Positions 62,458 through 64,000 of a DNA stretch of 64,000 nucleotides are shown here, piece by piece. The notes beneath the pieces are model-generated. The model searched no databases. It saw only the letters and a program-made list of their open reading frames with translations, and was not told the DNA's origin. The stretch is from Spirochaetia bacterium (GTDB taxonomy: Bacteria; Spirochaetota; Spirochaetia; WTKD01; G963693115). The stretch is from positions 800,001 through 864,000 of the forward strand of contig CBDDCA010000006.1 in assembly GCA_965226055.1 (NCBI GenBank), read 5' to 3'. A program made the position numbers and the translations under genes. Numbering within the stretch: position 1 is the first letter of the stretch; each line of letters starts with the position of its first letter.

Positions 62458-62486
62458 TTGTGAATTACTTATATGTATAGTACAAT
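62458..62486 (+). promoter_or_regulatory. Sigma70-type promoter of the mevalonate genes
   Basis: TTGTGA-N17-TACAAT, 9 nt before the GTG start. Confidence 0.55.
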
Positions 62487-62495
62487 ATATACATA

Positions 62496-63752
62496 GTGAA
62501 GACGAAAGTAGGTATTGATAACATAGGATTTTATATTCCTAAACTAAAGGTAAGAATCAACAAAACAATAGAAGCTTTGTTCGGAAATAAACCAGAAGTA
62601 TTAGAACATATGTATAATGCAATAAAGACTACTGGACAGCAATTTATGCGAATAACGCAGAAATGGCAGGATTCTGTGTGTCTTGCAGCTGAATCTATCC
62701 TTGATGTGATTGATGAAGTTACCACTGATACACTACGATTTATTGCGTCTGCTACTGAAACATCAGTTGATGCATCTAAGCCCATTGCAGCATACTTGTT
62801 AGGCATACTAAAACAAGCAGGGTTTCAATTACCTAAAAATATGAGTGTATTTCAAACACAGCATGCATGTGCTGGAGGAACAATAAGTTTGTTTCAATGT
62901 ATAAGCATGATTTTAGCGTCAAAACAAGAAGCATCTGCATTAGTAACGATGTCCGATATTGCACGCTATGAAAAAGACAGCACCGCAGAAGTAACACAAG
63001 GGGCAGGAGCAGTATCATTATTTATTAGTAAAAATCCTCGCCTTATAGAGTTGCAAGCAGATACAGTAGGGTTATATGCAGAAGATACTGACGATTTTTT
63101 TCGTCCTATACATAGTATTACGGCTAGGGTACGTGGAAGATATTCAATGAGATGCTATCTTCAATCTGTGTATTCGGCATTATGCGATTATGCAAATAAC
63201 AGTGCTATGACAGTAGAAGAAGTGCTTGATGCTCACGACTACTTTTCGTTTCATTTACCATTTGCAAATATGTCAGTGATAGCGTTAGAGCATATTCTTA
63301 AAAGCAAACTCAAATGGAGTGCAGAGCAAATAGAAACATTTCTTGTTGATAAGCATATCCGACAATCAGCTGAAGGCATTGCTGCTATAGGAAATACATA
63401 TACTGCATCAACCTATTTTTCACTTGGCTATACCTTGTACAAAGAATATCAATCAATAAAAGAAAATATTGTAGGAAAGAAAATACTGTTGCTCACCTAT
63501 GGGTCAGGAAATACTTCTATTGTTATGTCAGGAACTATTTCTAGTGGAGCTCCTGATATAATACAAAAATGGTCTCTGCTCCAACAAATAGAAAAAGGCA
63601 TAGAAGTAGATGAGAAAAAATATCGTGAATGGCATAGTGCCAATGAGGTTATTCCACCGAGTGATACCGATACATCACAATTATCACAGAAGGAAGTATA
63701 CCTAAAGCAATTACGTGAAGATGGGTATCGTTTATATACACAGGCTTCATGA
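62496..63752 (+). CDS. mvaS: Hydroxymethylglutaryl-CoA synthase
   Basis: VGID, ATETSVDASK, QHACAGG (catalytic Cys), DIARY, EVTQGAGAV, DFFRP, FHLPF, GNTYTAS, YGSG. Confidence 0.93.
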   Translation: MKTKVGIDNIGFYIPKLKVRINKTIEALFGNKPEVLEHMYNAIKTTGQQFMRITQKWQDSVCLAAESILDVIDEVTTDTLRFIASATETSVDASKPIAAYLLGILKQAGFQLPKNMSVFQTQHACAGGTISLFQCISMILASKQEASALVTMSDIARYEKDSTAEVTQGAGAVSLFISKNPRLIELQADTVGLYAEDTDDFFRPIHSITARVRGRYSMRCYLQSVYSALCDYANNSAMTVEEVLDAHDYFSFHLPFANMSVIALEHILKSKLKWSAEQIETFLVDKHIRQSAEGIAAIGNTYTASTYFSLGYTLYKEYQSIKENIVGKKILLLTYGSGNTSIVMSGTISSGAPDIIQKWSLLQQIEKGIEVDEKKYREWHSANEVIPPSDTDTSQLSQKEVYLKQLREDGYRLYTQAS

Positions 63753-64000
63753 GCGATATTTTCAAAAGAAAAAATGAGCATCTACATATTTGTATCAACG
63801 ACAATGTAGAAACGCATGATACATTACTCTCGACCATACATCCTATACACCGTGCTTTACCAGAACTTACTATAGATGAAATAGATACTTCTACGATATT
63901 TCTAAAACAGCATATACAATATCCTTTTTTTATTTCATGTATGACTGGTGGTTCTCGTAAAGCATATACAATGAACAAACGTTTTGCCGAAGCAGCACAG
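63749..64000 (+). CDS. fni: Type 2 isopentenyl-diphosphate isomerase, N-terminal part (runs off the window; not in the ORF track)
   Basis: ATGA overlap with the mvaS stop; translates MSDIFKRKNEHLHIC...HRALPEL...PFFISCMTGG (RKxxH and MTGG motifs). Confidence 0.9.
   Translation, partial: MSDIFKRKNEHLHICINDNVETHDTLLSTIHPIHRALPELTIDEIDTSTIFLKQHIQYPFFISCMTGGSRKAYTMNKRFAEAAQ

Noticed and set aside
63649-63978. Minus-strand ORF 63649-63978
   Set aside because: Antisense to mvaS and the clearly recognisable fni start

Overview
AT-rich bacterial chromosome window, most likely from a spirochaete (inferred from a type-2-like IleRS, tRNA-Arg(GCG), spirochaetal lipoboxes, rsmI-flgM with a sigma28 promoter and mevalonate genes). 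Housekeeping genes include ileS, hisH/hisF, metX, glpK, aspS, uvrC/uvrB, a sugar ABC system with a GH63 enzyme, the liv transporter, rpsD, argB/argD, nth, trmL, mvaS and fni. Accessory elements are interspersed: (i) two unrelated two-gene cassettes, each pairing an ImmA/IrrE-type HExxH protease with a putative effector (a class III nucleotidyl cyclase-like protein between hisH and hisF, and a HEPN protein next to aspS); (ii) two large DUF285/BspA-type surface lipoproteins, one behind a T20 tract and one apparently switched off by a G14 tract in its signal peptide, with mosaic repeat modules; (iii) a decayed IS30-family element plus five solo copies of its end, with three ends lying at an identical offset upstream of sigma70-like promoters; (iv) a fused restriction-modification gene; (v) a small orphan repeat protein flanked by IS ends. 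Several genes appear leaderless. All assignments come from motif recognition by eye; no database searches were run.
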